A DNA stretch of 34,294 nt. It comes from Halobacteria archaeon. Lineage in GTDB: Bacteria; Pseudomonadota; Gammaproteobacteria; UBA9214. Below the pieces are notes generated by a model. That model was not told the origin of the DNA and made no database searches. It worked only from the letters and a program-made list of their open reading frames with translations. The translations under genes and the position numbers were made by a program. Positions 1 through 9,878 of this stretch are shown piece after piece; position 1 is the stretch's first letter, and each line of letters opens with the position of its first letter. The stretch spans positions 1-34,294 of the forward strand of contig JABDRC010000256.1 of NCBI GenBank assembly GCA_013041945.1, in the 5' to 3' direction.

Positions 1-134
1 ATATGATCTAGGATTCTTTGATGAGGAGGCAGGCCGGGTTGAACCGGCCACCAATCCTTTTATGCCGGAAAAGTGTTAACTATGTCTCCGGTATAAAATG
101 TAAACCATGTCTGCGGTCTACACCCGGATGTATT

Positions 135-211
135 TGGTGCCCCGGAGACGATTCGAACGTCCGACCTAGCGCTTAGGAGGCGCTCGCTCTATCCAGCTGA
201 GCTACCGGGGC
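135..211 (-). tRNA. tRNA-Arg (anticodon CCU)
   Basis: The reverse complement folds as a canonical 77-nt cloverleaf. Acceptor is GCCCCGG/CCGGGGC, D-arm GCTCAGCTGGATAGAGC. Anticodon stem AGCGC/GCGCT carries loop CUCCUAA (anticodon CCU). T-arm is GGACG-TTCGAAT-CGTCT, and CCA is encoded. Confidence 0.9.
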
Positions 212-219
212 TGTGTAAT

Positions 220-295
<76 letters not shown>

Positions 296-433
296 GACAC
301 CGCATCGGGCAGACAGGGCTGCCGGGTGCTGGTGTTATTCTAGCACTTCGCGCTGAATGGATACCACGGTCACCGGGACCAGGGCGGGCGGCTGTCGCGT
401 GAACGGTGTACTGGCGTGTCCCGGTGGCCGGGA

Positions 434-586
434 CTAGGTGTTTCCCAAAAGCGCGCTTTCGAGGTCGATAAATTTATCGGCAATCTGCTGGTGATCGACG
501 AAGTAAATGTCCTCGTCCAGCTGACTGCGTATGGCATCGACGCGATAGATGTCAAATTCGGGATTTGGTCTGAAGGGTATGAGCAT
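434..586 (-). CDS. Short FlgM-like protein (anti-sigma-28 C-terminal helix only), 50 aa
   Basis: Hand-translated; under 60 aa, so absent from the ORF track. ATG at 586-584, TAG at 436-434. Protein: MLIPFRPNPEFDIYRVDAIRSQLDEDIYFVDHQQIADKFIDLESALLGNT. The stretch RVDAIRSQLDEDIYFVDHQQIADKFI fits the FlgM C-terminal sigma28-binding pattern RVxxIKxxIxxGxYxVDxxxIAxKxI. An in-frame stop at 602-604 excludes a longer N-terminus. The Shine-Dalgarno is weak. A GC hairpin at 418-434 abuts the stop codon. Confidence 0.5.
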   Translation of the reverse strand: MLIPFRPNPEFDIYRVDAIRSQLDEDIYFVDHQQIADKFIDLESALLGNT

Positions 587-665
587 TGATTGTCCGTATT
601 TTCAGCCTGCAACGAGTCGTTTTTCCTCACTATTATTGTCCCCGTGTGTAACGGGCTCATGTACC

Positions 666-692
666 ATATCGTCTGGCAGGCCGGCGGGTTTA
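666..692 (-). promoter_or_regulatory. Candidate sigma28 (FliA)-type promoter upstream of the FlgM-like ORF
   Basis: The minus strand reads TAAA (692-689), then 15 nt, then GACGATAT (673-666). The consensus is TAAA-N15-GCCGATAA. The -35 core and spacing are exact, 6 of 8 match in the -10, and the CGATA core is intact. It lies about 80 nt upstream of the ATG at 586. Confidence 0.35.
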
Positions 693-1065
693 ATCCGGTT
701 TTGAGGTCTCGCGCACAAAGCGGCCAAATCATGAATGACATGTGTCACGAAATGCCTCTGACAGCGCCCCTGCCTTGTGCCGGACCGGTTGTCGGATAAC
801 GGATACCGTTGGTCCAGTGTTGATATTCAGGGACACATTGCGTCACATTCCGCTGAATGACGGGGTAAAAAAAGCACATTGTTTACAAAGGGTAAATGGT
901 TGGATGCCGCGGGGTGGCTGCCGGCTTTCCGGGCCACTGCAGATTGCTTTGACATTACCTTGACGGACTGGATAATATCCGTCTCAAATATAGGGGATTA
1001 AGCAGGAACACACACGTACCCGCTTGTACTGAAGCCGGGACACATCCACTCGTTCGGGAATACGA

Positions 1066-2499
1066 ATGCAAACAGAATTCAGGGTCCTGGTATTAGAGTC
1101 TGATCCCGCTATCGGCAAGGAACTGCAGTCCGTGCTGAATTTCATCGGCTCCAGCCCGGTGCTGGTGAAAGATGTCGACCGCTGGAAGGAAGCCGTCGAC
1201 GACAAGGAGCAGTTGCAGGCCGTCATGCTGGGCTCGTGCAATTCAGGTAAACAGCTGTCAGCCATTCTCACCGAGATTCACCAGTTTGATGAGCACCTGC
1301 CCGTGTATCTCCTGAGTGACAAGGGCAAGGAACCCACGGTCACCATTGACTCGGGTTCGTGCATCCTGGGGAGGCTGGAGTTGCCGCCGAATTACACCCA
1401 GCTGACCAGCGCGCTGCACCAGGCGGAAATCTATACCGAGTCTCACCGGGCGCCGCAATCAGAACAGCGTCCGGTCGACCTGTTTCGCAGCCTGGTTGGC
1501 AGCAGCCGGGCCATCCAGAATGTCCGCAAACTCGTCCAGCAGGTGGCAGACAGCGATGCCAATGTCCTGATACTGGGCGAGTCGGGGACCGGCAAGGAAG
1601 TCGTTGCCAGGAACCTGCATTACTACTCATCGCGTCGTGACAAGCCGTTTGTTCCGGTCAACTGCGGCGCGATTCCGGGTGACCTGCTTGAGTCGGAGCT
1701 GTTCGGGCACCGCAAGGGCGCCTTTACCGGGGCAATCAACGATCGCCAGGGCCGCTTCGAAATGGCGGAGGGCGGCACACTGTTCCTCGACGAGATCGGT
1801 GACATGAGCCTGCAGATGCAGGTGAAGATACTGCGCGTACTGCAGGAACGCACCTTCGAGCGCGTCGGCTCGAACCAGAGCATTACCTCGGATGTCCGCA
1901 TCATTGCAGCCACCCACAGGAATCTCGAGGAAGCGATCGTGCAGGGCGATTTTCGTGAAGACCTTTTCTATCGCCTGAACGTATTTCCGATCGAGATGCC
2001 TTCGCTGGCAAACCGCGTGGAGGATATCCCGCTGCTGGTCAACGAACTGGTGCGTCGCATCGAGTACGAGAAACGCGGTTCCGTCCGGCTTTCCCCGGGC
2101 GCGATTTACTCGCTGTGCCAGTACAACTTCCCCGGCAATGTTCGGGAGCTGGCGAACCTGGTGGAGCGGCTCGCAATCCTGCATCCATACGGTGTGGTCG
2201 ATGCCAGTGATCTGCCGGAGAAGTTTCGTCAGCACGACACCGAACGCGACGGTGAACTGCCGGAACAGGTGGCTGATGCCCTGATCGGAACACCGGTCAC
2301 GTCACACGATCTGGATCCGCGCTTGCCGCGTGATGGCATGAACCTGAAAGAACACCTCAGCCTGCTCGAGGTGAGTTATATCAAGCAGGCTCTGGCCGAT
2401 ACCGGCGGCGTCGTGGCTCATGCCGCCAAGCGTCTTGGTATGCGGCGTACGACCCTGGTCGAGAAGTTGCGCAAGTACGGCATGCAGCGTCAGTCCTGA
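1066..2499 (+). CDS. fleQ: Sigma54-dependent flagellar master regulator FleQ (FleQ-type N-domain, AAA+ domain, Fis-type HTH)
   Basis: 477-aa ORF. The N-terminal receiver-like domain has the LNFIG motif and no phospho-acceptor Asp. Walker A is GESGTGKE, the sigma54-contact loop is GAFTGA, Walker B is LFLDEIGD. The C-terminal HTH is [20 protein letters not shown]. Confidence 0.88.
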   Translation: MQTEFRVLVLESDPAIGKELQSVLNFIGSSPVLVKDVDRWKEAVDDKEQLQAVMLGSCNSGKQLSAILTEIHQFDEHLPVYLLSDKGKEPTVTIDSGSCILGRLELPPNYTQLTSALHQAEIYTESHRAPQSEQRPVDLFRSLVGSSRAIQNVRKLVQQVADSDANVLILGESGTGKEVVARNLHYYSSRRDKPFVPVNCGAIPGDLLESELFGHRKGAFTGAINDRQGRFEMAEGGTLFLDEIGDMSLQMQVKILRVLQERTFERVGSNQSITSDVRIIAATHRNLEEAIVQGDFREDLFYRLNVFPIEMPSLANRVEDIPLLVNELVRRIEYEKRGSVRLSPGAIYSLCQYNFPGNVRELANLVERLAILHPYGVVDASDLPEKFRQHDTERDGELPEQVADALIGTPVTSHDLDPRLPRDGMNLKEHLSLLEVSYIKQALADTGGVVAHAAKRLGMRRTTLVEKLRKYGMQRQS

Positions 2500-2828
2500 C
2501 CCTCGCTCTGCAGCGCGCAGCGGTCCATCAAGCGTCATTTTTTCCACGTCTGCCCGGCCTTTATTTGCCGGACGGGCTGTGCTAGATTCCGCTCTAACAG
2601 CAAGTAAATAAATTTAATAACAACGTCTATTGTTGTCGGATAACCGCGAGTGTTCGCCTGACCTGAAGGCCTGAGGGGCTGTTCGGGTGATTCTTTTTGT
2701 CTTTGCCTGAACATGCGGCAGCTTTACACAGCCGTTATCCGTACGGTCAGCAACACAAAGCAATAATATAATGACTGATAAAGAACACAAAGCAGGGGGG
2801 CATTGCCGGCAGGGAGGCCGGCAATAAC

Positions 2829-5030
2829 ATGCATACCGGCGACGGATCACATTATCATTCGCGCGACTATAGATATGTTCTGCGTCTGTCGGGTGAGGAA
2901 CTCGCGGTAGTCAGGAAATACCGCGATGAACTGGTCGCCTGTACCGCGGGTTTTGCCGAAGTCTTCTACAACTATCTTTTCGATAATCCGGGTATCGCGG
3001 AAGTCCTTTATGCCTATGAGGAGGAAGGCGGCGATGTCGGCCAGTTCGCGCGTGCCGAGCTCGCAAACCTGCTGGCCAGTATCGCCGGCGAGATCGGCGG
3101 GCAGCGCGAGGATGAGTTGCTGTCGGCCGGCCGCCGGTACCTGCAGCGAAATTTCAGGCCGGTCTGGCTGATCGGCGCGTATAACCTGCTCATCGATTAC
3201 ATGCACACCATGCTGTCCGGAATGGAGATACATCCGGCCGACCGTATTGCACTGGATACACTGCTGACGCGCCTGCTGTTGCGGGAAATGGGTATCACGC
3301 TGGAAGGCTACTGGATGCAGGCGCGCGACAATGAACGCCGGGAACTCGAACACATAGCGGGCCGTCTTGGCCGCGTGGAGGATATGCTGGCGGGTGTCCC
3401 GCATTTGATGTGGAGCGTCGATATCGACGCCAACAGCCTTGTGTATGCCAATTATACGCTGCACCTGCTTTACGGAGAGGGCATGATATCGCCGCTGCCG
3501 TGCATCGGTGATACACATGAAGAGGACCGCCAGTTGTTACTGACCGCCTGGCAGGATGCGGTCAGCGGCAAGCGGACCCGGGCCGATGTGCGGATCGTGC
3601 TTGCCGGTGATCGTGAGCGCTGGTACCGGGTGTCACTCTATCCGGAGACCGGCCAATCGGGCCGGCCCGCTACGGTGCACTGCATGCTGGAGGATGTCCA
3701 GAACCTGATCAGTGAGCGTGAGCAACTGCAATCGCTGGCAACCACGGACCGGCTGACAGGCCTCCCCAACCGCTCCCTGTGGTCGGACCACCTGACAATG
3801 GCACTCGCCGCTTCGAGACGGGTGCCCGGCTCACAGGTGGTCGTGATCTCTCTCGATATCAACCAGTTCAAGATGTACAACGACACCCTCGGCAGGGACG
3901 TTGGCGATACCGTGCTGTGTGATGTGGCCTCACGGCTGCGTTCCACGGTGCGTGAATCGGACTCGCTGGCGCGGCTGGGCGGAGACCGTTTCGGTATCCT
4001 GCTGCATCCGGTCAACAATGCACGCGAGGCCGCTGAACGGATTATCACCGAAATAATGGACAAGTTCGACCTGCCATTTGCCTACAGGGACAAGCAGCTT
4101 TGCGTGAGTCTGACACTCGGCATCGCCTGTTTTCCCGACGATGGCAGCAACGAGGAGGCGTTGCTGGCAAATGCCGAGAGTGCCATGCAGCGGGCCAAGC
4201 GGAACAGCCTGCCTTACCAGTATTTCGACCCGGTCAATGATGTCAGCCCGGCAGAGCAGCTGCGCTACTCCGGGCAGATACGCTCGGCACTCGACAATAA
4301 TGAGTTCGAGCTGCTTTATCAGCCGCAGATTTCCCTGGATACTGCCCGGATTACCGGCGCCGAGGCGTTGCTGCGCTGGAAGCATCCGGTGGAAGGTATT
4401 GTGATGCCGGAACGCATTATCCCGGTCGCGGAACAGCTCGGGCTGATCACGCCGATAACCAACTGGGTGCTGGTTACCGCGCTGAAACAGTGCCGGCAGT
4501 GGTCATTTCAGGGTGCGGCGATCCCTGTCTCGGTGAATGTCTCGGCACGTTCTTTCCAGAATCCGCGTCTCCTCGAAAGAATTCACTGGGCCCTGCAGGA
4601 GGCCGCCGTGGAGGGCGACCGGCTGGTGATCGAAATTACCGAAGCGACCCTGATGCAGGATATCGATCGCGCCACGGAACTGCTGTCCAGCCTGAGCGAG
4701 GCCGGCGTCACCATCGCAATCGATGACTTCGGAACCGGTTATTCTTCACTTTCCTACCTGAAGCGGTTGCCGATCGACACCCTCAAGATCGATCAGTCGT
4801 TTGTCACCGACGTCGCCTTCGACCGTCAGGATATCGCAATTGTCCGTTCCATCATCGACCTTGGCCATAATCTCGGTTGCAAGGTGGTGGCGGAGGGCGT
4901 CGAAAACAGCATGACCATGGATGCGCTGGACCGGCTCGGCTGCGATACCGCACAGGGCTTCCATATCAGTAAACCGCTGCTGGATGATCATTTCTCTACG
5001 CTGCTGGGGCAAACTGACAGACAATCCTGA
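2829..5030 (+). CDS. Globin-like sensor / PAS / degenerate GGDEF / EAL protein; predicted c-di-GMP phosphodiesterase
   Basis: 733-aa ORF. EAL-domain signatures are intact: EALLRW, VNVS, EITE, DDFGTGYSSLSYL, KIDQSF, AEGVE, QGF. The GGDEF fold is recognisable (DRLTGLPNR ...), but the active site reads GGDRF (aa 384-388, nt 3978-3992). An RESD I-site sits five residues upstream of it. The N-terminus (FAEVFYNYLFDNPGIAEVL ... RPVWLIGAYNLL) resembles a sensor-globin domain. Confidence 0.85.
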   Translation: MHTGDGSHYHSRDYRYVLRLSGEELAVVRKYRDELVACTAGFAEVFYNYLFDNPGIAEVLYAYEEEGGDVGQFARAELANLLASIAGEIGGQREDELLSAGRRYLQRNFRPVWLIGAYNLLIDYMHTMLSGMEIHPADRIALDTLLTRLLLREMGITLEGYWMQARDNERRELEHIAGRLGRVEDMLAGVPHLMWSVDIDANSLVYANYTLHLLYGEGMISPLPCIGDTHEEDRQLLLTAWQDAVSGKRTRADVRIVLAGDRERWYRVSLYPETGQSGRPATVHCMLEDVQNLISEREQLQSLATTDRLTGLPNRSLWSDHLTMALAASRRVPGSQVVVISLDINQFKMYNDTLGRDVGDTVLCDVASRLRSTVRESDSLARLGGDRFGILLHPVNNAREAAERIITEIMDKFDLPFAYRDKQLCVSLTLGIACFPDDGSNEEALLANAESAMQRAKRNSLPYQYFDPVNDVSPAEQLRYSGQIRSALDNNEFELLYQPQISLDTARITGAEALLRWKHPVEGIVMPERIIPVAEQLGLITPITNWVLVTALKQCRQWSFQGAAIPVSVNVSARSFQNPRLLERIHWALQEAAVEGDRLVIEITEATLMQDIDRATELLSSLSEAGVTIAIDDFGTGYSSLSYLKRLPIDTLKIDQSFVTDVAFDRQDIAIVRSIIDLGHNLGCKVVAEGVENSMTMDALDRLGCDTAQGFHISKPLLDDHFSTLLGQTDRQS

Positions 5031-5044
5031 TTACCCTGCACGCC

Positions 5045-5071
5045 GGACCGGTACGTCTCCCAAACCGGTCC
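5045..5071 (+). terminator. Hairpin 15 nt after the phosphodiesterase stop (possible terminator, no U-tract)
   Basis: GGACCGGT (5045-5052) pairs perfectly with ACCGGTCC (5064-5071) across an 11-nt loop. No T-run follows, so terminator function is uncertain. Confidence 0.25.
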
Positions 5072-5105
5072 ACATCAGTCAATTACCTGTCGGCAACCGC
5101 GAATT

Positions 5106-5119
5106 GTCAAAATTGTGAC
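5106..5119. promoter_or_regulatory. FleQ-box-like palindrome GTCA-N6-TGAC upstream of fleN
   Basis: GTCAAAATTGTGAC compared with the P. aeruginosa FleQ box GTCaNTAAAtTGAC (consensus recalled from memory). Both outer half-sites match and the centre diverges. It lies about 210 nt upstream of the fleN ATG. Confidence 0.2.
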
Positions 5120-5327
5120 GTAAGTCCGTTTGTTTGCGGAATCCTCGGTAAACTTATCATAATCAATTAAAACAATAAGTTGTAGTCCTGTTGGGCGCAA
5201 ACCCTCGTTGCCAGACGGGTTGGTATGCAAGTTGCTAAATCACATTGCAGATGCTCACCTGCCAGCACCACAGGACAGCCATAGATGGATTACAGACAGT
5301 TTCACCACATGTGCCGCGGTACTCGAT

Positions 5328-6215
5328 ATGCAGCTTGCTGATGTAAAGCTCGACCTGTCCTCCGCGCCGGCAGACGACAGCCGCCGCGAACCGGTCCAGG
5401 TGATCGCGGTCACCGGCGGCAAGGGCGGTACGGGCAAGACCAGTATTTCCGTCAACCTCGCGCATGGCCTGGCGCGCAGCGGGCGCAGGACCATGTTGCT
5501 CGATGCAGACCTGGGAATGGCGAACGTGGATGTCCTGCTGGGTCTGTCGCCGCAACGGACACTGTTCGACGTGGTGAACGGTGAGTGCCGGCTGGAACAG
5601 ATCATCATGACAACAGCGGACGGACTGATGGTGGTGCCGGCCGCTTCCGGGGTGCGTCAGCTTGCACAACTCGGCACCCGCGAATGCGCCGGACTGGTGC
5701 GTGCCTTCAGTGACCTGGATCGACCCCTGGATACATTGATCGTCGATACCGCGACGGGCATCTCGGAGTGTGTTGCAAGTTTCTGCCGCGCAGCTACCGA
5801 AATCATCGTCGTGGTTTGCAACGAGCCGGCATCGATTCGCGACAGTATTGCGCAGATCGAGATGTTGTCAGCAGATTACGGCATTCACCGGTTTCGCATC
5901 CTGGCAAACATGGTGGCTGGTGCACGCGAGGGCAAAGTGGTCTTCAGGAAGATCGTTGCCACGCTCGCCGACGATCACCGCCAGGTACTTTCCTATGCCG
6001 GTTATATACCGCGCGACCAGCATTTGCTCGAGGCGATAGCCGGTCGCATATCTGTCGTCAGCGCTTTTCCACGCAGTCGCGCAGCAATGGCACTGGCAAA
6101 TCTTGCCAGGCAGGTAATTTCGTGGCCGCAGCCGGTACAGGCAGGCGGACATGTAGAGTTTTTTGTCGAACGCTTGATCCAGAACGAAAACAGCGGGAAG
6201 GAGGTTACGTCATGA
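5328..6215 (+). CDS. fleN: Flagellar number regulator FleN/FlhG (MinD/ParA-family ATPase)
   Basis: Deviant Walker A is VTGGKGGTGKTS. LLDADLGMANVDVLLGL is typical of FleN/FlhG rather than MinD. The stop overlaps the fliA ATG (ATGA). The track ORF opens at TTG 5208; I prefer ATG 5328 (295 aa) on length, but the start is uncertain. Confidence 0.82.
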   Translation: MQLADVKLDLSSAPADDSRREPVQVIAVTGGKGGTGKTSISVNLAHGLARSGRRTMLLDADLGMANVDVLLGLSPQRTLFDVVNGECRLEQIIMTTADGLMVVPAASGVRQLAQLGTRECAGLVRAFSDLDRPLDTLIVDTATGISECVASFCRAATEIIVVVCNEPASIRDSIAQIEMLSADYGIHRFRILANMVAGAREGKVVFRKIVATLADDHRQVLSYAGYIPRDQHLLEAIAGRISVVSAFPRSRAAMALANLARQVISWPQPVQAGGHVEFFVERLIQNENSGKEVTS

Positions 6216-6940
6216 AAGCCAATGCAGCGAAGACAGGCGCTGAATACAGTGACAGTAATGAGCTGGTGGTGCAGCATGAACCACTGGTCAAACGAATAGC
6301 CTATCACCTGATGAGCCGCTTGCCGGCCAGTGTGCAGGCAGATGATCTCATCCAGGCCGGTATGATCGGCCTGATCGAAGCATCGAGAAAATTTGACCCG
6401 GAACAGGGTGCCAGCTTCGAGACCTATGCCGGCATCCGCATACGCGGCGCCATGCTCGACGAGATCCGCCGTACCGACTGGACACCGCGCTCGGTGCATC
6501 GCAAGGCCCGCGAGGTCGCCGAGGCAGTGCGCAAGATCGAGAACGCGGTCGGACGCGATGCACGTGATGTCGAGGTGGCGGAAGAAATGGGTCTGAGCCT
6601 GCACGATTACCACAAGATTCTGCAGGACTCGACCGGTTGCCGGATTTTCAGTTTCGAGGACCCGGGAACACTGGGGGATGAAGGTTATCCGCAATCCAAC
6701 CGCCAGCCGAACCAGCCGCTGGAAACGTTGCAGAAGAGTGACTTCAAACAGGGACTCGCCGAGGAAATCAAGGGATTGCCGGAACGCGAACGCCTGGTAA
6801 TGGCGCTCTACTACGACGAGGAACTCAATCTGCGCGAGATCGGCGAGATCCTCGGTGTCAGCGAATCACGTGTGTGCCAGATACACGGGCAGGCCCTGAT
6901 CCGCCTGCGTGCGCGCATGGGTGAGTGGCTGACCGACTGA
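6212..6940 (+). CDS. fliA: Flagellar sigma factor FliA (sigma-28)
   Basis: The 242-aa product starts MKANAAKTGAEY. PLVKRIAYHLMSRLPASVQADDLIQAGMIGLIEASRKFDPEQGASFETYAGIRIRGAMLDEIRRTDW is near-identical in pattern to Pseudomonas FliA. A GGAAGGAGG Shine-Dalgarno precedes the ATG. The upstream part of track ORF 5768..6940 is an out-of-frame overlap with fleN. Confidence 0.92.
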   Translation: MKANAAKTGAEYSDSNELVVQHEPLVKRIAYHLMSRLPASVQADDLIQAGMIGLIEASRKFDPEQGASFETYAGIRIRGAMLDEIRRTDWTPRSVHRKAREVAEAVRKIENAVGRDARDVEVAEEMGLSLHDYHKILQDSTGCRIFSFEDPGTLGDEGYPQSNRQPNQPLETLQKSDFKQGLAEEIKGLPERERLVMALYYDEELNLREIGEILGVSESRVCQIHGQALIRLRARMGEWLTD

Positions 6941-6966
6941 GCGTCAGCGAGGCCGGACCGTCTGCA

Positions 6967-7455
6967 ATGGAACAGGGGGAGTCTGCAAAATGCTGGTACG
7001 CGCGCCGCGACGGTGTGGTCCGCGGGCCGTTCTCCGCCTCGGAGGTAACCCGTTACATATTACTCGGTCGCATCAGTCTCGATGACGATGTGAGTGATGA
7101 CAGAAAAACCTGGCGCAATTTAAAAACAGTGGCCGCCATGCTGCCACCGGAATTGAATCAGCTGTCGAGCTGGGAAGACTACCAGAGACTCATTATTGCG
7201 CGCATGCAGGTCGACGAGCGCAAGCCCGACCGCCGCACTGCCGACCCGGTTATCGAGAGAATGCCCGACAGCGAGCGTCGCGCCGGCGATGATCGCCGCA
7301 GCGAGGAGGGCGGACTGTCACTGGCCCGGTATTTCTTTGCCGCGAGCGAATCAATCAAGCCCGCCAGGGTCCGCAACTATCGCCTGGGAACACTGGTCCT
7401 GACTGTAATGCTTGCCGTACTGGTAGTCGCCTGGCTGGTGCCCGCCGGCAGCTGA
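6967..7455 (+). CDS. GYF_2 (DUF4339)-domain protein with Arg/Asp-rich linker and C-terminal TM anchor
   Basis: WYARRDGVVRGPFSASEVTRYILLGRISLDDDVSDDRKTW fits the GYF_2 pattern. The C-terminal hydrophobic helix is LGTLVLTVMLAVLVVAWLV. ATG 6967 is preferred. GTG 6925 would overlap the fliA stop by 16 nt. Confidence 0.6.
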   Translation: MEQGESAKCWYARRDGVVRGPFSASEVTRYILLGRISLDDDVSDDRKTWRNLKTVAAMLPPELNQLSSWEDYQRLIIARMQVDERKPDRRTADPVIERMPDSERRAGDDRRSEEGGLSLARYFFAASESIKPARVRNYRLGTLVLTVMLAVLVVAWLVPAGS

Positions 7456-7494
7456 TCGTGCCGGTGACTAAACGCCTGGCCCCGGTGAGTTGAA

Positions 7495-7581
7495 TGGTGC
7501 CGAGGGCGGGAATCGAACCCGCATGGAGTTGCCCCCGCTGGATTTTGAGTCCAGTGCGTCTACCAGTTTCACCACCTCGGC
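7495..7581 (-). tRNA. tRNA-Leu (anticodon CAA)
   Basis: The reverse complement starts GCCGAGGTGGTGAAACTGGTAGACGCACTGGACTCAAAATCCAG. It then has a long variable arm and GCGGGTTCGATTCCCGCCCTCGGCACCA. The anticodon loop is CUCAAAA. This is an 87-nt class II tRNA. Confidence 0.9.
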
Positions 7582-7664
7582 AGCGGTAACCGGGGACTAG
7601 TATAAAGGTTCGCGTGCCGCGGGCAAGACGGGGCAGGCAGGGCGTGTGCTAACATGCCGACGCC

Positions 7665-9820
<2,156 letters not shown>

Positions 9821-9878
9821 TACCGCGCTTCGAGCGGGTCCGGCACGGGTACGGACCGGCGGAAACGAGGGGAATATC

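Noticed and set aside
1-134. A possible tRNA fragment or att site downstream of tRNA-Arg. There is a hairpin GGCCGG-GTTGAA-CCGGCC at 32-49 resembling a T-arm. There are also imperfect direct repeats ATGTCTCCGGT (82-92) and ATGTCTGCGGT (107-117).
   Set aside because: The hairpin has a 6-nt loop. It has no matching acceptor, D or anticodon arms. It does not repeat the 3-prime end of the adjacent tRNAs. No integrase is visible and the region is cut by the window edge, so it cannot be interpreted.
590-963. Track ORFs 590..799 (+), 742..963 (+) and 370..741 (-) in the fleQ upstream spacer.
   Set aside because: They have no Shine-Dalgarno and an atypical Cys/Arg/Pro-rich composition, and they overlap one another. 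The region has lower GC and several inverted repeats (for example CGTCAcATT...AATGACG at about 841-862 and GACGGA...TCCGTC at about 964-985). It looks like a regulatory spacer.
2713-2766. A 17-codon upstream ORF (MRQLYTAVIRTVSNTKQ) before the phosphodiesterase gene, considered as a possible leader peptide.
   Set aside because: It has no Shine-Dalgarno, no run of regulatory codons and no alternative terminator/antiterminator pairing that I could see.
2773-2780. A sigma28-like -10 (ACTGATAA) about 50 nt upstream of the phosphodiesterase ATG.
   Set aside because: It matches only 6 of 8 in a very AT-rich stretch, with no proper TAAA at N15. It cannot be told apart from background.
4451-4458. Perfect sigma28 -10 boxes (GCCGATAA) at 4451-4458 inside the EAL domain and at 26612-26619 inside asd, about 150 nt upstream of fimV.
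   Set aside because: Neither has a TAAA -35 element at the required 15-nt spacing. Both lie in coding sequence. The asd site encodes the Ala-Asp-Asn of VADNVRKGAA, a block I recall as conserved in Asd, so it may be constrained by the protein rather than by a promoter.
5208-5327. N-terminal extensions proposed by the ORF track. These are fleN from TTG 5208 and fliA from 5768. The others are yajC from 9756, aroC from 19878, accD from 32418 and DUF3106 from 15153.
   Set aside because: The extensions overlap upstream genes out of frame or add non-homologous low-complexity sequence. Internal ATGs with Shine-Dalgarno sites give products of the expected family length. The fleN start remains genuinely uncertain.
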